A stretch of 64,000 bases of DNA from Burkholderiales bacterium. Lineage in GTDB: Bacteria; Pseudomonadota; Gammaproteobacteria; Burkholderiales; SG8-39. The stretch spans positions 11,720 through 75,719 of the forward strand of contig JBAUTD010000559.1 in NCBI GenBank assembly GCA_049582045.1, given 5' to 3'. The translations under genes were made by a program, and so were the position numbers. The notes beneath the pieces were generated by a model. It saw only the letters and a program-made list of their open reading frames with translations. It did no database searches and was not told the origin of the DNA. Shown here in pieces: positions 39,256-51,366 of this stretch (the first letter of the stretch is position 1; each line of letters opens with the position of its first letter).

Positions 39256-41538
39256 ATGCGCAAAGGACTACTCCGCGCGCTCGGTAGCGGCTTGTTCGCG
39301 TTTGCCATGAGCGTTGCGGCTCAGACGTTCAGCCCGTTCGTAATCAAGGACATCCGTCTCGAGGGGCTCCAACGCACCGAGCCTGGGACAGTATTCAGCT
39401 ACCTGCCCGTCAAAGTGGGCGAAACCATGACCGAGGCGAAGGCCCAGCAGGCGTTGCGGGCGCTGTTCGCTACCGGGTTCTTCAAGGACGTGCGGCTGGA
39501 GGTGGACAAGGACGTCCTGGTAGTCGTAGTCCAGGAGCGTCCAGCGATTGCGCAAATCGATTTTTCCGGGGTGAAGGAATTCAGCGCCGAAGCGTTGAAG
39601 AAGGTGCTCCGGGAGCAGGGGCTGGCCGAAGGGCGGATATTTGACCGGGCAGTGCTCGACAAGGCGGAACAAGAGCTCAAGCGCCAGTACCTCTCCAAAG
39701 GGCGCTATGCGGCACAGGTCCAGACCACGGTTACCCCGCTAGAACGAAATCGCGTGGGGATCAATATTGCGGTCACCGAAGGCGATGTCGCGAAGATCCG
39801 CTCAATCAATATCGTCGGGGCGCACGCGTTTCCGGAAAAGGAACTGCTGGGGCTTTTCGTACTGCGCACACCGGGATGGCTGACCTGGTACACCAAGAAC
39901 GACCAGTATTCCCGCCAGCGCCTGGCGGGCGACCTGGAGACTCTGCGCTCCTTCTATCTAGATCGCGGCTATCTGGACTTCAATATCGATTCAACCCAGG
40001 TCTCGATAACGCCCGACAAGCGGGACATCTATATAACAGTGAATGTCACGGAAGGGGACAAATACACGGTCTCGGATGTGAAGCTGGCCGGACAGATGCT
40101 CGTGCCGGAAGCCGAACTGCGGAAGCTCATCAAGATCAAGCCGGGCGACGTATTTTCGCGCGCCAAGTTGACCGAGACCACCAAGGCGATCACCGAGCGG
40201 CTCGGCAACGACGGCTACGCGTTCGCGAACGCCAATGCCGTGCCTCAGATCGATAAAGCCAAGCGCACCGTAGCGTTCACGATCTTGGTCGATCCCGGTC
40301 GGCGAGTCTACGTGCGCAGAATCCTGGTCAATGGCAATACGCGAACGCGTGATGAAGTCGTGCGACGCGAGATGCGGCAACTCGAAGGCGCCTACTACGA
40401 TGCCGCCAAGATTCAGCTCTCGCGCCGACGCATCGACCGCACAGGGTACTTCTCGGATGTCACGGTAGACACCCAGCCGGTGCAGGGCAGCTCGGATCAG
40501 GTCGATGTGGATTTCACGGTGCAGGAGAAGCCCACCGGGGCGCTGCTGCTCGGGGCGGGCTTTTCGAGCGTGGACAAAATCATCATTTCCGCATCGATCA
40601 CCCAGCCCAACGTCTTCGGCAGTGGAAAATATCTCTCCCTCCAGGTAAACAGCGGCAGCGTGAACAAGACCTACTCGCTGTCGTACGTCAACCCGTACTA
40701 CACGGTCGACGGGATCAGTCAGGGGTTCGACATCTACAAGCGGGACGTGGACGCTTCCACGCTTCTTGTCGGCGCCTACCAGACCAAGACGCTCGGAGCG
40801 GGAATCAAGTTCGGTTACCCGCTAAGCGAGGCGGATTCCGTAAGCATTGGATTCAATGCGGAGGACGTGAAGCTGACCACGTACTCGAACAGTCCCTTTG
40901 TGTACACGGACTTTGCCACCAAGTTCGGCGATAAATACACCTATGGCGCAACGACCTTGGGGTGGGCGCACGATACTCGCGATAGCGTGATCATCCCGAC
41001 CTCAGGTGTTCTCTCGCGCGTGAGTCTCGAGCTTGGCGCGGGGGATTTGGAATACTACAAACTCAACTTCGCGCACCAGTGGTTGAAGCCGCTTAGCCGA
41101 CAGTACACGTTGCGTCTGGCCGGAACGCTCGGCTACGCAGGAGGTATGGGAAACAAGCCGCTGCCGTTCTTCAAGAACTACTACGCCGGCGGGCCGGATA
41201 CGGTACGGGGCTACGCAACCTACTCGCTCGGTCCGAGAGACCCCTTGAACAATGCGCTCGGCGGCAGCCGCGAGGTGGTAGGTACCGCCGAGATCCTGTT
41301 TCCCATGCCAGGGGCCCAGAATGACAAGTCTCTCCGCCTCAGCGCGTTCCTGGATGCCGGCCAGGTCTACGGGGAAGGCGAGAAAGTCTCGCTTAGCGCA
41401 CTGCGCTACTCGACTGGCCTGGGCCTCAACTGGAGTTCTCCGTTCGGCCCCCTGCGCCTGTCTCTGGGCATTCCGCTCAACAGGAAGCCGGGCGACAACG
41501 TGCAGAGGTTACAATTCACCTTTGGCACTGCCTTCTGA
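39256..41538 (+). CDS. bamA: outer membrane protein assembly factor BamA
   Basis: 760 aa: signal peptide, POTRA repeats, C-terminal beta-barrel ending '...LQFTFGTAF'. Confidence 0.96.
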   Translation: MRKGLLRALGSGLFAFAMSVAAQTFSPFVIKDIRLEGLQRTEPGTVFSYLPVKVGETMTEAKAQQALRALFATGFFKDVRLEVDKDVLVVVVQERPAIAQIDFSGVKEFSAEALKKVLREQGLAEGRIFDRAVLDKAEQELKRQYLSKGRYAAQVQTTVTPLERNRVGINIAVTEGDVAKIRSINIVGAHAFPEKELLGLFVLRTPGWLTWYTKNDQYSRQRLAGDLETLRSFYLDRGYLDFNIDSTQVSITPDKRDIYITVNVTEGDKYTVSDVKLAGQMLVPEAELRKLIKIKPGDVFSRAKLTETTKAITERLGNDGYAFANANAVPQIDKAKRTVAFTILVDPGRRVYVRRILVNGNTRTRDEVVRREMRQLEGAYYDAAKIQLSRRRIDRTGYFSDVTVDTQPVQGSSDQVDVDFTVQEKPTGALLLGAGFSSVDKIIISASITQPNVFGSGKYLSLQVNSGSVNKTYSLSYVNPYYTVDGISQGFDIYKRDVDASTLLVGAYQTKTLGAGIKFGYPLSEADSVSIGFNAEDVKLTTYSNSPFVYTDFATKFGDKYTYGATTLGWAHDTRDSVIIPTSGVLSRVSLELGAGDLEYYKLNFAHQWLKPLSRQYTLRLAGTLGYAGGMGNKPLPFFKNYYAGGPDTVRGYATYSLGPRDPLNNALGGSREVVGTAEILFPMPGAQNDKSLRLSAFLDAGQVYGEGEKVSLSALRYSTGLGLNWSSPFGPLRLSLGIPLNRKPGDNVQRLQFTFGTAF

Positions 41539-41551
41539 CTTCGAAGCGGAT

Positions 41552-42073
41552 ATGACAATCATGCGGTTTCCCAGGGTTCTTGCCGCCGCTGTCGTTCTGG
41601 CGGCTTTTGTGCCGGCTTCGGCAAACGCGCAAACCAAGATCGGCTTCGTCAACACCGAGCGGATCTTGCGCGACTCAGCGCCAGCGGCGCAGGCTTCCAA
41701 GAGGCTGGAGAACGAATTCGCCAAGAAGCAGCAGGATTTGCAGAAACTCGCGGATCAGCTCAAGAAGATGCAGAGCGATCTGGAAAAAAACGCGGTAACG
41801 ATGTCCGACGCGCAGCGCCGCAACAAGGAACGCGAGTTCAACGAGCTCAATCGAGAGCTGCAGCGCAGAGACCGGGATTTCCGCGACGAAGTGAATCAGC
41901 GCCGAAACGAGGAGATGGCACAGCTCCTCGATAAGGCGAACCGTGTCATTCGGCAGATCGCGGAGCGTGAGAACTACGACGCCATCCTGCAGGATGGCGT
42001 TTACGTCAATCCGCGCATCGATATAACCGACAAGGTTATCAAGGCGCTGGAGGGCAAGCCACCCGCGAAGTGA
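41552..42073 (+). CDS. skp: periplasmic chaperone Skp (OmpH family)
   Basis: Signal peptide 'MRFPRVLAAAVVLAAFVPASANA' and a charged coiled-coil body. ATG 41552 lies 13 nt after the bamA stop. Confidence 0.88.
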   Translation: MTIMRFPRVLAAAVVLAAFVPASANAQTKIGFVNTERILRDSAPAAQASKRLENEFAKKQQDLQKLADQLKKMQSDLEKNAVTMSDAQRRNKEREFNELNRELQRRDRDFRDEVNQRRNEEMAQLLDKANRVIRQIAERENYDAILQDGVYVNPRIDITDKVIKALEGKPPAK

Positions 42074-42074
42074 T

Positions 42075-43112
42075 ATGCCGGTGCCCTACACGCTCGCGGA
42101 GATCGCCTCGCGCCTCGGCGGCCGCGTGGTCGGCAATCCGGATACCCTGATCCGACAGGTCGGCTCTCTGGAGCATGCGGGAGCGGATCAGATCACGTTC
42201 TTCTCGCATTCACGGCACAAGGGCAAGCTCGCGGCAACGCGCGCGGGAGCCGTCGTTCTTGGCCAAGGCGCGCAGAGCCTTACCGGAATTCCGCGCATCA
42301 TCTGCGAGAACCCATACGCGTATTTCGCTCGCGTGTCGCAAATGTTCAATCCGTCCTCGGCGCCGCAGCCCGGGCGACATCCGACTGCAAACGTGTCGCC
42401 CGCCGCGCGCGTGGCTGCGTCGGCGCGGATCGACGCCGGCGCAGTCGTCGAGGACGAAGCGAGCATCGGTGAAGGCGTTTGGATCGGGGCTGGTTGCCAT
42501 GTCGGGCGCGGCACTTCGATCGGCGAAGGCAGCAAGATGTATCCCTCTGTCGTCGTCTACCACGAGTGCCGGATCGGACGGCGTGCGATCATCCACTCCG
42601 GTGCGGTGATCGGCGCGGATGGCTTCGGCGTCGCTGAAGACGGAGGCGAGTGGATCAAGATTCCCCAAATCGGGCGGGTTATCATCGGCGACGACGTCGA
42701 GATCGGAGCCAATACCACCATAGACCGGGGCGCGATTGACGATACCATCGTCGAGGACGGGGTGAAGCTCGATAACCAGGTTCAGGTCGGGCACAACGTG
42801 CGCATCGGTAGTCATACTGCGATCGCGGGTTGCGTCGGCATTGCGGGCAGCGCCAGCATCGGTCGACACTGCACGATCGGCGGGGCAGCGGTGATCCTTG
42901 GGCATCTCAAGCTCGCCGACCGAGTCAACATATCGGCAGGCACACTGATCTCCCGCTCCATCAACGAGCCAGGTACCTATACGGGCGTATTCCCGTTCGA
43001 CCGCAACGACTCCTGGGTGCGCAACGCCGTGTGGCTGCGCCACCTTTCCGATCTCGCAGACCGTGTTCGTGTATTAGAGAAGCTTCTCGGGACAAAGGAC
43101 AAAAATGGCTGA
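42075..43112 (+). CDS. lpxD: UDP-3-O-acylglucosamine N-acyltransferase
   Basis: 345 aa with left-handed beta-helix hexapeptide repeats, in the conserved skp-lpxD-fabZ-lpxA order. Confidence 0.94.
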   Translation: MPVPYTLAEIASRLGGRVVGNPDTLIRQVGSLEHAGADQITFFSHSRHKGKLAATRAGAVVLGQGAQSLTGIPRIICENPYAYFARVSQMFNPSSAPQPGRHPTANVSPAARVAASARIDAGAVVEDEASIGEGVWIGAGCHVGRGTSIGEGSKMYPSVVVYHECRIGRRAIIHSGAVIGADGFGVAEDGGEWIKIPQIGRVIIGDDVEIGANTTIDRGAIDDTIVEDGVKLDNQVQVGHNVRIGSHTAIAGCVGIAGSASIGRHCTIGGAAVILGHLKLADRVNISAGTLISRSINEPGTYTGVFPFDRNDSWVRNAVWLRHLSDLADRVRVLEKLLGTKDKNG

Positions 43113-43563
43113 GATGGACGTTTACGACGTACTCAAACACCTGCCGCAGCGCTTTCCCCTGCTGATGGTAGACCGGGTCGCCGAATGCGAGCCAGGAAAG
43201 CGGATCGTCGCGCTGAAGAACGTATCGGTCAATGAACCCTATTTCCCTGGCCATTTCCCGGGCCGTCCGATCATGCCGGGGGTGCTGATCCTGGAGGCGA
43301 TGGCGCAGGCCGCGGCGATCCTGGTGTTCCGCACAGTGGGGGAGCAACCGGGAGAGGACGGGTTGTACTACTACGCAGGAATCGACAAGGCGCGGTTTCG
43401 CAAACCCGTGGTTCCCGGAGACCAGCTGGAAATCGAGGTTGCGATCATCGGCAGCAAGCGCAGCATCTGGAAGTTCTCCTGCGCTGCCAGGGTAGATGGC
43501 ACGATCGTGGCGGAGGCCGAGATTCTCTGCACCGGGCGCACCTTCGCAGCCGAGGGCGCATGA
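43105..43563 (+). CDS. fabZ: 3-hydroxyacyl-ACP dehydratase FabZ
   Basis: '[13 protein letters not shown]' and '[26 protein letters not shown]'. Confidence 0.96.
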   Translation: MAEMDVYDVLKHLPQRFPLLMVDRVAECEPGKRIVALKNVSVNEPYFPGHFPGRPIMPGVLILEAMAQAAAILVFRTVGEQPGEDGLYYYAGIDKARFRKPVVPGDQLEIEVAIIGSKRSIWKFSCAARVDGTIVAEAEILCTGRTFAAEGA

Positions 43564-44330
43564 TCCACCCGTCGGCAATCGTTCATCCGGAGGCCATGCT
43601 GGCGCCGGACGTGTCGGTGGGCCCCTTCGCGATCATCGGCTCTCAGGTCGAGATCGCGGCGGGAACGCACATCGGTTCGAACGTCTTGATCGAAGGACAG
43701 ACTCGTATCGGACGCAACAATCGCATCTTCCCCTTTGCTTCGATTGGCGCGGCACCCCAGGACAAGAAATACGCCGGCGAAGACACCGCGGTCGAGATTG
43801 GCGACGGCAACACGATTCGAGAATACGTGACGATCAACCGCGGCACGGCGCAGGACGCGGGCGTGACCAGGATCGGGAACGACAACTGGATCATGGCATA
43901 TGTGCATTTTGCGCACGACTGCCAGATCGGCAGCCACACCATATTCGCCAACTACTGCGGTCTCGCGGGGCACGTTCATGTCGAGGACTGGGCAATTCTC
44001 GGCGGGATGACGCTTGTCCACCAGTTCGTGCGCATCGGCGCCCATAGCTTCACCGGTATGGGAACCTACCTGTCACAGGACCTGCCGCCGTACGTCACGG
44101 CCGCGGGCAACATGGCGAAGCCTTACGGCATCAACAGCGAAGGCTTGCGGCGGCGAGGGTTCGATGCGGATACCATTGCCACGCTGAAACTCGCTTATCG
44201 TGCGCTTTTCCGATCCGGGCTGAGCCTGCAAGACGCTCGACGCGAACTGGAAGGACTCGCCGGGGGGTGCGGTGCAGTGCGGCCGATCCTCGATTTCCTC
44301 GCGCGCTCCGTGCGCGGCATCATCCGCTAA
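43560..44330 (+). CDS. lpxA: acyl-ACP--UDP-N-acetylglucosamine O-acyltransferase
   Basis: '[12 protein letters not shown]', hexapeptide repeats and a helical C-terminal domain. Confidence 0.95.
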   Translation: MIHPSAIVHPEAMLAPDVSVGPFAIIGSQVEIAAGTHIGSNVLIEGQTRIGRNNRIFPFASIGAAPQDKKYAGEDTAVEIGDGNTIREYVTINRGTAQDAGVTRIGNDNWIMAYVHFAHDCQIGSHTIFANYCGLAGHVHVEDWAILGGMTLVHQFVRIGAHSFTGMGTYLSQDLPPYVTAAGNMAKPYGINSEGLRRRGFDADTIATLKLAYRALFRSGLSLQDARRELEGLAGGCGAVRPILDFLARSVRGIIR

Positions 44331-44333
44331 GCC

Positions 44334-45491
44334 GTGTCCGAGCGGCTAGCGGTCGCGATGGTCGCCGGCGAGGCATCCGGCGACCTGCTCGGCGCGCATT
44401 TGATCGCCGCGCTCACCGAGCGGCGACCGGGGCTGCGCTTCGCCGGGATCGGCGGACCAAAGATGCAGGCGGAGGGATTCGACTCGTTTTATCCCATGGA
44501 GAAGCTGTCGGTGCGAGGCTATGCGGAAGTGCTGAGGCACTATCGCGAGATCAGCGGCATCCGCAGGCAGCTCTCCGCGCGTCTGATCGAAGCTCGACCG
44601 TCTGTCTTCATTGGAGTCGATGCGCCGGACTTCAATCTGGATCTCGAACGAAACCTCAAGAGCGCGGGAATTCCTACCGTGCACTACGTCAGTCCTTCGA
44701 TTTGGGCCTGGCGGGCGGGCCGCATGGGCAAGATCTCGGCGTCCGTTTCCCACATGCTGACCTTGTTCCCGTTCGAAGCACCGCTGTATGAGAAGGCGGG
44801 CGTTCCGGTCACCTACGTCGGACATCCATTGGCGGATCTGATTCCGCTGGATGTGAACAAAGACGAGGCGCGATCGCAGCTTAGGCTGCCGATGCGGCAT
44901 CCCATAATTGCACTGTTGCCGGGCAGCCGAAAATCCGAACTGCATTACATGGCCGAGACGTTCGTCAAGACGGCCCGCCGCCTGTACGAGGAATTCAAGG
45001 ATATCCACTTCATTTGCCCTATGGTTTCGCGCGATACGCGGGAGCTGTTCGAAGCGGCAATCGGACACCATGCCGGCGGCGAGCTGCCGCTTACGATCTT
45101 GTTTGGTCATTCTCATGAAGCGCTCGCTGCCGCCGATATCGCCCTGGTAGCCAGCGGCACAGCTTCGCTCGAAGCGGCCTTGTTCAAGACGCCGATGGTC
45201 GTCGCTTACCGTATGTCGCCGGTCACGTGGGCGCTGATGCGTCATATGATTCGCCTACCCTTTGTCAGCCTGCCAAACATTCTCGCGAACGAGGCCTTGG
45301 TCGCCGAGTTCCTGCAGAATCGCGCCACGCCTGGCGCGCTCAGCTCCGCGCTTACCGAGCTGATGCACGACGCCGATCGGCGCCGTGGCCAAGTCGCTCG
45401 CTTTCGGGAGATTCATCTGGACTTGCGCCAGAATACAGCCCAGAAGGCGGCAGACACGGTGCTTCGCGTGCTCGACTCAACCCATGCCTAG
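44334..45491 (+). CDS. lpxB: lipid-A-disaccharide synthase
   Basis: '[15 protein letters not shown]', '[12 protein letters not shown]' and '[11 protein letters not shown]'. GTG start. Confidence 0.94.
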   Translation: MSERLAVAMVAGEASGDLLGAHLIAALTERRPGLRFAGIGGPKMQAEGFDSFYPMEKLSVRGYAEVLRHYREISGIRRQLSARLIEARPSVFIGVDAPDFNLDLERNLKSAGIPTVHYVSPSIWAWRAGRMGKISASVSHMLTLFPFEAPLYEKAGVPVTYVGHPLADLIPLDVNKDEARSQLRLPMRHPIIALLPGSRKSELHYMAETFVKTARRLYEEFKDIHFICPMVSRDTRELFEAAIGHHAGGELPLTILFGHSHEALAAADIALVASGTASLEAALFKTPMVVAYRMSPVTWALMRHMIRLPFVSLPNILANEALVAEFLQNRATPGALSSALTELMHDADRRRGQVARFREIHLDLRQNTAQKAADTVLRVLDSTHA

Positions 45492-46056
45492 TCCCCGCGT
45501 ATGCGGCGTGGACGAGGCCGGACGAGGTCCGATCGCCGGGCCGGTTTATGCCGCGGCGGTCATTCTCGATCCGAAACGGCCAATCGAAGGCCTGGCCGAC
45601 TCCAAGCTGCTCGCGCCGGCACGCAGGGAGGAGCTGGCGCACGAGATCCGGGCCCGCGCCAGTGCCTGGTCCGTCGCCAGCGCGAGCGTCGAGGAAATAG
45701 ACAACATGAATATCCTTCAGGCGACTTTGCTGGCCATGACGCGAGCGGTCGAAGGGCTGGCCCAGCCTGCCGAGGAAGCCTGGATAGACGGTGACCACTG
45801 CCCGAGGCTTTCGATCTCCAGGGTCCGGGCGATCATCGGCGGCGATCGGCTGCATCCGGTCATCTCCGCCGCGTCGATCCTCGCCAAGACAGAGCGTGAC
45901 GCCGAGATGCGCCGTTTGCACTTGAGCTACCCGCAGTACGGGCTCGACCGACACAAGGGCTACCCCACGCGCGAGCATCTCGCCCTGCTAAGGCGCTTCG
46001 GTGTATGCGAGATCTATCGCCGCTCGTTCTCCCCGGTGCGCCAGTTGCTCGAATGA
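45484..46056 (+). CDS. rnhB: ribonuclease HII
   Basis: '[20 protein letters not shown]', 'DSKLL' and 'KGYPT'. ATG 45484 overlaps the lpxB end by 8 nt. Confidence 0.94.
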   Translation: MPSPRVCGVDEAGRGPIAGPVYAAAVILDPKRPIEGLADSKLLAPARREELAHEIRARASAWSVASASVEEIDNMNILQATLLAMTRAVEGLAQPAEEAWIDGDHCPRLSISRVRAIIGGDRLHPVISAASILAKTERDAEMRRLHLSYPQYGLDRHKGYPTREHLALLRRFGVCEIYRRSFSPVRQLLE

Positions 46057-46844
46057 CCGGTCTGCGTTCGCGCGCGAATCCGCGGGTGCGCCGGTGGCAG
46101 CGGCTGGTACGCGATGCGCGCATACGACGCAGCGAGTGCTGCGCGCTTATCGAGGGCCCGCACCTGGTAGCGGCCTATCTCGACCAGGGAGGACGCCCCA
46201 AGGCGATATTGGTCAGCGAAGGCGCTATGCGGCGGATCGAGGTGGCGCAGCTGGTTCAGCGCGCAGCGATCGAGCCCGTGCTGCTGTCGGATTCCCTTTT
46301 CCGCTCTATCGCGGATGCCGAGGCGCCGACGGGCATTGCGGCCGAGATCGGGATCCGCGCGGGCGCGAAGCGGCTCGAGGAGTCGACCGGCTGCGTCTTT
46401 CTGGAGGGCATACAGGACTCGGGCAACGTGGGAACAATTATCCGCAGCGCAGCGGCCTTCGGCGCAGAGAATGTGGTGCTGTCCAGGGGATGCGCAGACG
46501 CGTGGTCGCCAAAGGCGCTACGCGCGGGAATGGGAGGGCACTTCGCTCTGGACGTGCTCGAAGGGGAAGACCTTGTCGCGGCGATCGAGCGCTTCGGCGG
46601 CAAGACGGTCTGCGCTGTCACGCGCGGCGGGATCCCCGTGCACGAGCTGAATTTGCGTGGCCGCCTGGGGTGGATTTTCGGCAGCGAAGGGCAGGGCGTA
46701 AGCGAAGCGCTGGCGGCGAACGCGGCCCATCGCATAACGATCCCGATCGCAGCCGAGGCCGAGTCGCTGAACGTCGCGGCCGCGGCTGCGATCTGCTTGT
46801 ACGAGGCCCGGCGTCAACTCAGTAGAGATGCCGCTCCATTCTGA
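46053..46844 (+). CDS. SpoU/TrmH-family RNA 2'-O-methyltransferase
   Basis: '[16 protein letters not shown]', '[10 protein letters not shown]' and '[15 protein letters not shown]'. The ATG overlaps the rnhB stop (ATGA). Confidence 0.88.
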   Translation: MTGLRSRANPRVRRWQRLVRDARIRRSECCALIEGPHLVAAYLDQGGRPKAILVSEGAMRRIEVAQLVQRAAIEPVLLSDSLFRSIADAEAPTGIAAEIGIRAGAKRLEESTGCVFLEGIQDSGNVGTIIRSAAAFGAENVVLSRGCADAWSPKALRAGMGGHFALDVLEGEDLVAAIERFGGKTVCAVTRGGIPVHELNLRGRLGWIFGSEGQGVSEALAANAAHRITIPIAAEAESLNVAAAAAICLYEARRQLSRDAAPF

Positions 46845-47643
46845 GCTCGCGCAGAATCGTGGTCGCGATCTCCTCGATTGATTTTGCGGTCGAGTCTATC
46901 CAGCGAATGCCTTCGCGGTGCATGAGGATCTTGGCTTGCTCCACCTCGTAGCGGCAGTTTTCCAGGTCGGCATACTTGCTGTTCGGTCGACGTGATCCCC
47001 GGATTTCCGTCAGCCGCTCGGGCGCAATGCTCAGCCCGAACAGCTTGGACTTGCGGCTGCGCAGCGCGCGCGGCAGTTGCTTGCGGTCAAAGTCTTCCGG
47101 AATGAGCGGATAATTGGCGGCCTTTACGCCAAACTGCAGCGCAAGATACAGGCACGTGGGGGTCTTGCCGCTGCGGGAAACACCAACCAGGATCAAATCG
47201 GCTTGGTCGATTTCCTTTTCGGTGGCGCCATCGTCGTGCGCCATGGCGTAGTTTATCGCCTCGATGCGGTCGTAGTAGTTCTGGTTATTACTGGCACTGT
47301 GCGAGCGACCGATGGTGTGACTCGAGGGCAGCCCCAGTCCCGCCTCCAGCGGGCCGATAAAGGTTTCGAAGAAATCAAGGTAAAGCGCGTTGGCCTTGCG
47401 CAGCACTTCGCGTACGTCGTTGTTGACCAAGGTCGAAAACACGATCGGTTGTCCATTGCCCTTGGACGCTTCCTGCTCGATGCGCGCGAGGCACTCTTGC
47501 GCCTTGTCTGCGCTGTCGATGAACGACAGGGTGACCTGATCGAACTCGGTGCCCTCGAACTGCGTTAGCAGGCTGTGCCCCAGCATCTGGGCGGTAATGC
47601 CGGTTCCGTCGGAAACGAAGAATACGGTGCGTCTGGCGGTCAT
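46819..47643 (-). CDS. ppsR: PEP synthase regulatory protein (bifunctional kinase/pyrophosphorylase, DUF299)
   Basis: 'TVFFVSDGTGITA' and P-loop 'LVGVSRSGKTPTCLYLA'. It is divergent from ppsA, and its 3' end overlaps the convergent trmH-like gene by 26 nt. Confidence 0.93.
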   Translation of the reverse strand: MTARRTVFFVSDGTGITAQMLGHSLLTQFEGTEFDQVTLSFIDSADKAQECLARIEQEASKGNGQPIVFSTLVNNDVREVLRKANALYLDFFETFIGPLEAGLGLPSSHTIGRSHSASNNQNYYDRIEAINYAMAHDDGATEKEIDQADLILVGVSRSGKTPTCLYLALQFGVKAANYPLIPEDFDRKQLPRALRSRKSKLFGLSIAPERLTEIRGSRRPNSKYADLENCRYEVEQAKILMHREGIRWIDSTAKSIEEIATTILRELRMERHLY

Positions 47644-47741
47644 TGCGAGGGTGGGGCGGCGCAGTTTGTGCTGCGCGGCATGGAGCGAGTCGATAAAATA
47701 GGCACTTTACCCGTGAGCGGCAACCACGAGGGAGCGAGATC

Positions 47742-50144
47742 GTGTACATAGCTTGGCTGAAAGACCTGCGAATGACCGACCTGGATCAGGTCGGCGGCAA
47801 GAACGCTTCGCTTGGGGAGATGATTGGCGGCCTCGCGCAGGCTGGAATCATGGTCCCGGGCGGCTTCGCCACCACCGCGCAGGCATATCGGGAGTTTCTC
47901 GCCGCCAGCGGACTTGACCGGCGCATCGCTGAGCGCCTCAAGAAACTCGATCCGACCAACGTCGAAGCGCTCGCGAAGTGTGGCGCCGAAGTTCGTTCCT
48001 GGATTGAATCAGCCCCTTTCCCTACTCCGATCGAACGGTCTATTAGATCCTATTATCAAGACCTTACAGAAAATACCTCAGGTAATACATCTTTTGCGGT
48101 ACGGTCCTCTGCGACGGCCGAGGACTTGCCTGACGCATCATTCGCGGGGCAGCAGGAGACATTTCTGAACGTTCGCGGCATCGACAACGTACTGGATGCA
48201 ATCCGGCAGGTGTTCGCTTCACTGTACAACGATCGCGCGATTTCCTATCGCGTTCATCACGGCTTCGCCGATGTGGAGGTGGCCTTGTCGGCCGCCGTGC
48301 AGCAAATGGTCCGCAGCGATTTGGCGGCAAGCGGGGTGATGTTCACGCTCGACACCGAGTCCGGGTTCCCCGGCGTCGTCTTCATCACCAGCTCCTATGG
48401 TCTGGGAGAGATGGTGGTTCAGGGCGCCGTGAATCCGGACGAGTTCTACGTCCACAAGCCGATGCTGGCGAAAGGCCGGCCGGCCATCGTCCGGCGTGGA
48501 CTCGGCTCCAAGCGGCAGAAAATGGTGTTCGCGGACGCCGACACGGCGGGACGTTCCACGAAGGTGGTGGAAGTGCCCGAGGCCGACCGCAACCGCTTCT
48601 CGCTCGAAGATGAGGATGTGCTTCAGCTGGCGCGCTATGCGGTGGCGATCGAAAAGCACTACGGCAGGCCGATGGATATCGAGTGGGCTCGGGACGGGAC
48701 GGACGGGAAGCTCTATGTACTGCAGTCGCGGCCGGAGACCGTAAGGTCGCGCAAAGGGGCCGCGAATGAGCGTTATACCCTCAAGGGTCGCTCCAAGGTC
48801 CTGATTAGCGGACGCGCCATCGGGCACAAGATCGGCGTCGGCGCGGTGCGCATTGTCGCGGACGCGTCGAAGATGTCGCTGGTCAAGAAGGGTGACGTGC
48901 TGGTGACCGACATGACGGATCCCAATTGGGAACCCGTGATGAAGCTCGCTTCCGCCATTGTAACCAATCGCGGCGGGCGGACCTGCCACGCGGCGATCAT
49001 TGCGCGCGAGCTGGGCATCCCGGCGGTGGTCGGATGCGGCGACGCAACGGAACGTCTCAAGGCCGGCAAGGAGATCACTGTATCCTGCGCCGAGGGCGAT
49101 ACCGGCAACGTGTACGACGGCGCGCTGCCATTCGAGGTATCGAACACCGAGCTGGGAGAAATGCCCATAATCCCGGTGAAGATCGCGATGAACGTGGGCA
49201 ATCCGCAGCTCGCATTCGATTTCGCACAGCTACCGAGCGCTGGCGTCGGGCTGGCCAGGCTCGAATTCGTGATCAACAATGAAATCGGCGTTCATCCGCG
49301 CGCTTGTCTGGAATATCCGGACCTGCCGGCGGATCTGAAGGCGAAAGTGGAAACCGCAGCGCGGGGTTACCGTGATCCGAAAACATTCTTCAGCGAAAAG
49401 CTGGTCGAAGGCGTGGCGACGATCGCCGCCGCGTTCTGGCCCAAGCCGGTAATCGTGCGTCTGTCCGATTTCAAGTCCAACGAGTACAAGAAGCTGATCG
49501 GCGGCGAGCGCTATGAGCCGGACGAAGAAAACCCGATGCTCGGCTTTCGCGGCGCGTCGCGCTATGTCGCGTCCACTTTCCGCGAGTGCTTCGAGCTCGA
49601 ATGCGCGGCGATGCGCAAAGTCCGTGACGAAGTCGGCCTGACCAACGTGGAGCTTATGGTGCCTTTTGTGCGTACGTTGAACGAGGCTAGGCAGGTAATC
49701 AACCTGCTTGCGGCGAACGGGCTCGAGCGCGGCGTGAACGGGCTGCGGATCGTTATGATGTGTGAGCTGCCGTCGAACTCCGTCCTGGCCGAGCAGTTCC
49801 TGGAATATTTCGACGGATTCTCGATCGGATCGAACGACATGACGCAGCTCACGCTCGGTCTTGACCGCGACTCCGGATTGGTAGCGGAAATCTTCGACGA
49901 GCGCGACCCGGCGGTGAAGGCGATGCTGTCGATGGCCATACGCGCCTGCCGCAAGCAGGGAAAGTACGTCGGCATTTGCGGGCAAGGGCCGTCGGATCAC
50001 CCGGACCTTGCGCGCTGGCTGATGGAGGAGGGAATCGAAAGCCTCTCGCTGAATCCGGATACCGTGGTATCCACTTGGCTTTCTCTTGCGGAGCGGCACG
50101 ATTCGGCAAACGTGCCGGAGAAAGTTCGGCCGACCAGCGCTTGA
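47742..50144 (+). CDS. ppsA: phosphoenolpyruvate synthase
   Basis: 800 aa: '[11 protein letters not shown]', phosphohistidine region '[21 protein letters not shown]' and '[11 protein letters not shown]'. GTG start with SD GAGGGA. Confidence 0.96.
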   Translation: MYIAWLKDLRMTDLDQVGGKNASLGEMIGGLAQAGIMVPGGFATTAQAYREFLAASGLDRRIAERLKKLDPTNVEALAKCGAEVRSWIESAPFPTPIERSIRSYYQDLTENTSGNTSFAVRSSATAEDLPDASFAGQQETFLNVRGIDNVLDAIRQVFASLYNDRAISYRVHHGFADVEVALSAAVQQMVRSDLAASGVMFTLDTESGFPGVVFITSSYGLGEMVVQGAVNPDEFYVHKPMLAKGRPAIVRRGLGSKRQKMVFADADTAGRSTKVVEVPEADRNRFSLEDEDVLQLARYAVAIEKHYGRPMDIEWARDGTDGKLYVLQSRPETVRSRKGAANERYTLKGRSKVLISGRAIGHKIGVGAVRIVADASKMSLVKKGDVLVTDMTDPNWEPVMKLASAIVTNRGGRTCHAAIIARELGIPAVVGCGDATERLKAGKEITVSCAEGDTGNVYDGALPFEVSNTELGEMPIIPVKIAMNVGNPQLAFDFAQLPSAGVGLARLEFVINNEIGVHPRACLEYPDLPADLKAKVETAARGYRDPKTFFSEKLVEGVATIAAAFWPKPVIVRLSDFKSNEYKKLIGGERYEPDEENPMLGFRGASRYVASTFRECFELECAAMRKVRDEVGLTNVELMVPFVRTLNEARQVINLLAANGLERGVNGLRIVMMCELPSNSVLAEQFLEYFDGFSIGSNDMTQLTLGLDRDSGLVAEIFDERDPAVKAMLSMAIRACRKQGKYVGICGQGPSDHPDLARWLMEEGIESLSLNPDTVVSTWLSLAERHDSANVPEKVRPTSA

Positions 50145-50184
50145 GCAGAGGCTGCCTCACGAGCGGCTGCGCAGCAGCCTCTGC
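50145..50184. repeat. 11-bp perfect inverted repeat at the ppsA/smpB convergent junction (possible terminator)
   Basis: GCAGAGGCTGC (50145-50155) and GCAGCCTCTGC (50174-50184) around an 18-nt loop. It begins 1 nt after the ppsA stop and covers the last smpB codons. No clear U-tract. Confidence 0.35.
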
Positions 50185-50603
50185 TTGTCGCGCTCCCATT
50201 CGCGGTCGCGCTCTGCGGCGCGCTTGTCATGCTTGAGCTTGCCGCGCCCCAACGCGACCTCGAGCTTGATTCGGCCTTTCTTGTAATGCATGTCCAGCGG
50301 AATCAGGGTGTAGCCGCGCTGCTCCACCTTGCCGATAAGGCGCTGGACTTCTTCCGCGTGCATGAGCAATTTGCGGCTACGCGTCGGATCGGGCACGAAG
50401 TGCGTAGAAACAGTGGGCAGCGGACTGATGTGCGCCCCTACCAGCCACAGCGCCCCGTTGCGCACGAGCACGTAGGCATCCCCGAGCTGCACCCGGCCCG
50501 CTCGAATCGCCTTGACCTCCCATCCTTCCAGGACAAGACCCGCCTCGTAGCGCTCCTCGATGAAATAGTCGTGAAAGGCCTTTCGGTTCTGAGCAATCGA
50601 CAT
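50157..50603 (-). CDS. smpB: SsrA-binding protein SmpB
   Basis: '[29 protein letters not shown]' and a basic C-terminal tail. Confidence 0.96.
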   Translation of the reverse strand: MSIAQNRKAFHDYFIEERYEAGLVLEGWEVKAIRAGRVQLGDAYVLVRNGALWLVGAHISPLPTVSTHFVPDPTRSRKLLMHAEEVQRLIGKVEQRGYTLIPLDMHYKKGRIKLEVALGRGKLKHDKRAAERDREWERDKQRLLRSRS

Positions 50604-50653
50604 GAGAGTTGGCCGGGGCGGGCGCTGATTCTAACAGCGGAGCGGACGGAGCC

Positions 50654-51097
50654 TTGAAGCGCGTGGTGCGGTCAGCGATCGTCGAGCATCCCGCGGCAGC
50701 GATCTATTCGCTCGTCGAAGATATCGAATCCTACCCCGAGTTCCTGCCCTGGTGTCGCGGCACGACGGTGATCCAACGCAGCCCGGGCCGCACCGTGGCG
50801 ACGCTCACCGTCGGCATGCGCGGCATCAGGCAATCGTTCACGACCGAGAACGCCAATCGCCCGGGCGAGGGGATAGATCTGCGACTGGTGGAAGGACCAT
50901 TCAGGCGATTCGCGGCCGCCTGGCGTTTCAGCCCGCTGGACGAGCACGCGGCGCGGATAGAATTCTCGATGGAGTACGAGTTTTCGAGCAAGGTGCTGGG
51001 CAAGGCGCTTGAGCCGCTGTTCGACCAAATTGCAGACACCATGGTAAATGCCTTCAGCCGCCGGGCCGAGCAGCTCTATGGAAAAGCTCCGAATTGA
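50654..51097 (+). CDS. ratA: SRPBCC-fold RatA/CoQ10-like protein
   Basis: 'VEDIESYPEFLPWC' and 'LVEGPFRRFAAAWRF'. TTG 50654 chosen by length comparison with the RatA family; the track start at 50609 is also possible. Confidence 0.8.
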   Translation: MKRVVRSAIVEHPAAAIYSLVEDIESYPEFLPWCRGTTVIQRSPGRTVATLTVGMRGIRQSFTTENANRPGEGIDLRLVEGPFRRFAAAWRFSPLDEHAARIEFSMEYEFSSKVLGKALEPLFDQIADTMVNAFSRRAEQLYGKAPN

Positions 51098-51362
51098 GGT
51101 CGTCTACGCGCTGCCAGACGACCAGCACGTGCTGGTCGTCGGCCTGGCGCCGGGCTCTACGGTAGCCGATGCGCTCGAAGCTTCCGGCATCTGCGCTCAT
51201 CACCCGGAAATCGACCTCTCCCGCCAGGTGGTCGGGATATTCGGCCGTCGTGTACGGATGCATCAGCGGCTGCGCCAGGACGACCGGGTCGAAATCTATC
51301 GCGCGCTCATCGCTGACCCGAAATCGTCTCGCCGTCGGCGCGCCGCGAAGCGCCGGCGCTAG
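51078..51362 (+). CDS. rnfH: RnfH family protein (UPF0125, ubiquitin-like fold)
   Basis: 'IEVVYALPDDQHV...VGIFGRRVRMHQRLRQDDRVEIYRALIADPK'. It overlaps ratA by 20 nt. Confidence 0.85.
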   Translation: MEKLRIEVVYALPDDQHVLVVGLAPGSTVADALEASGICAHHPEIDLSRQVVGIFGRRVRMHQRLRQDDRVEIYRALIADPKSSRRRRAAKRRR

Positions 51363-51366
51363 CCGG

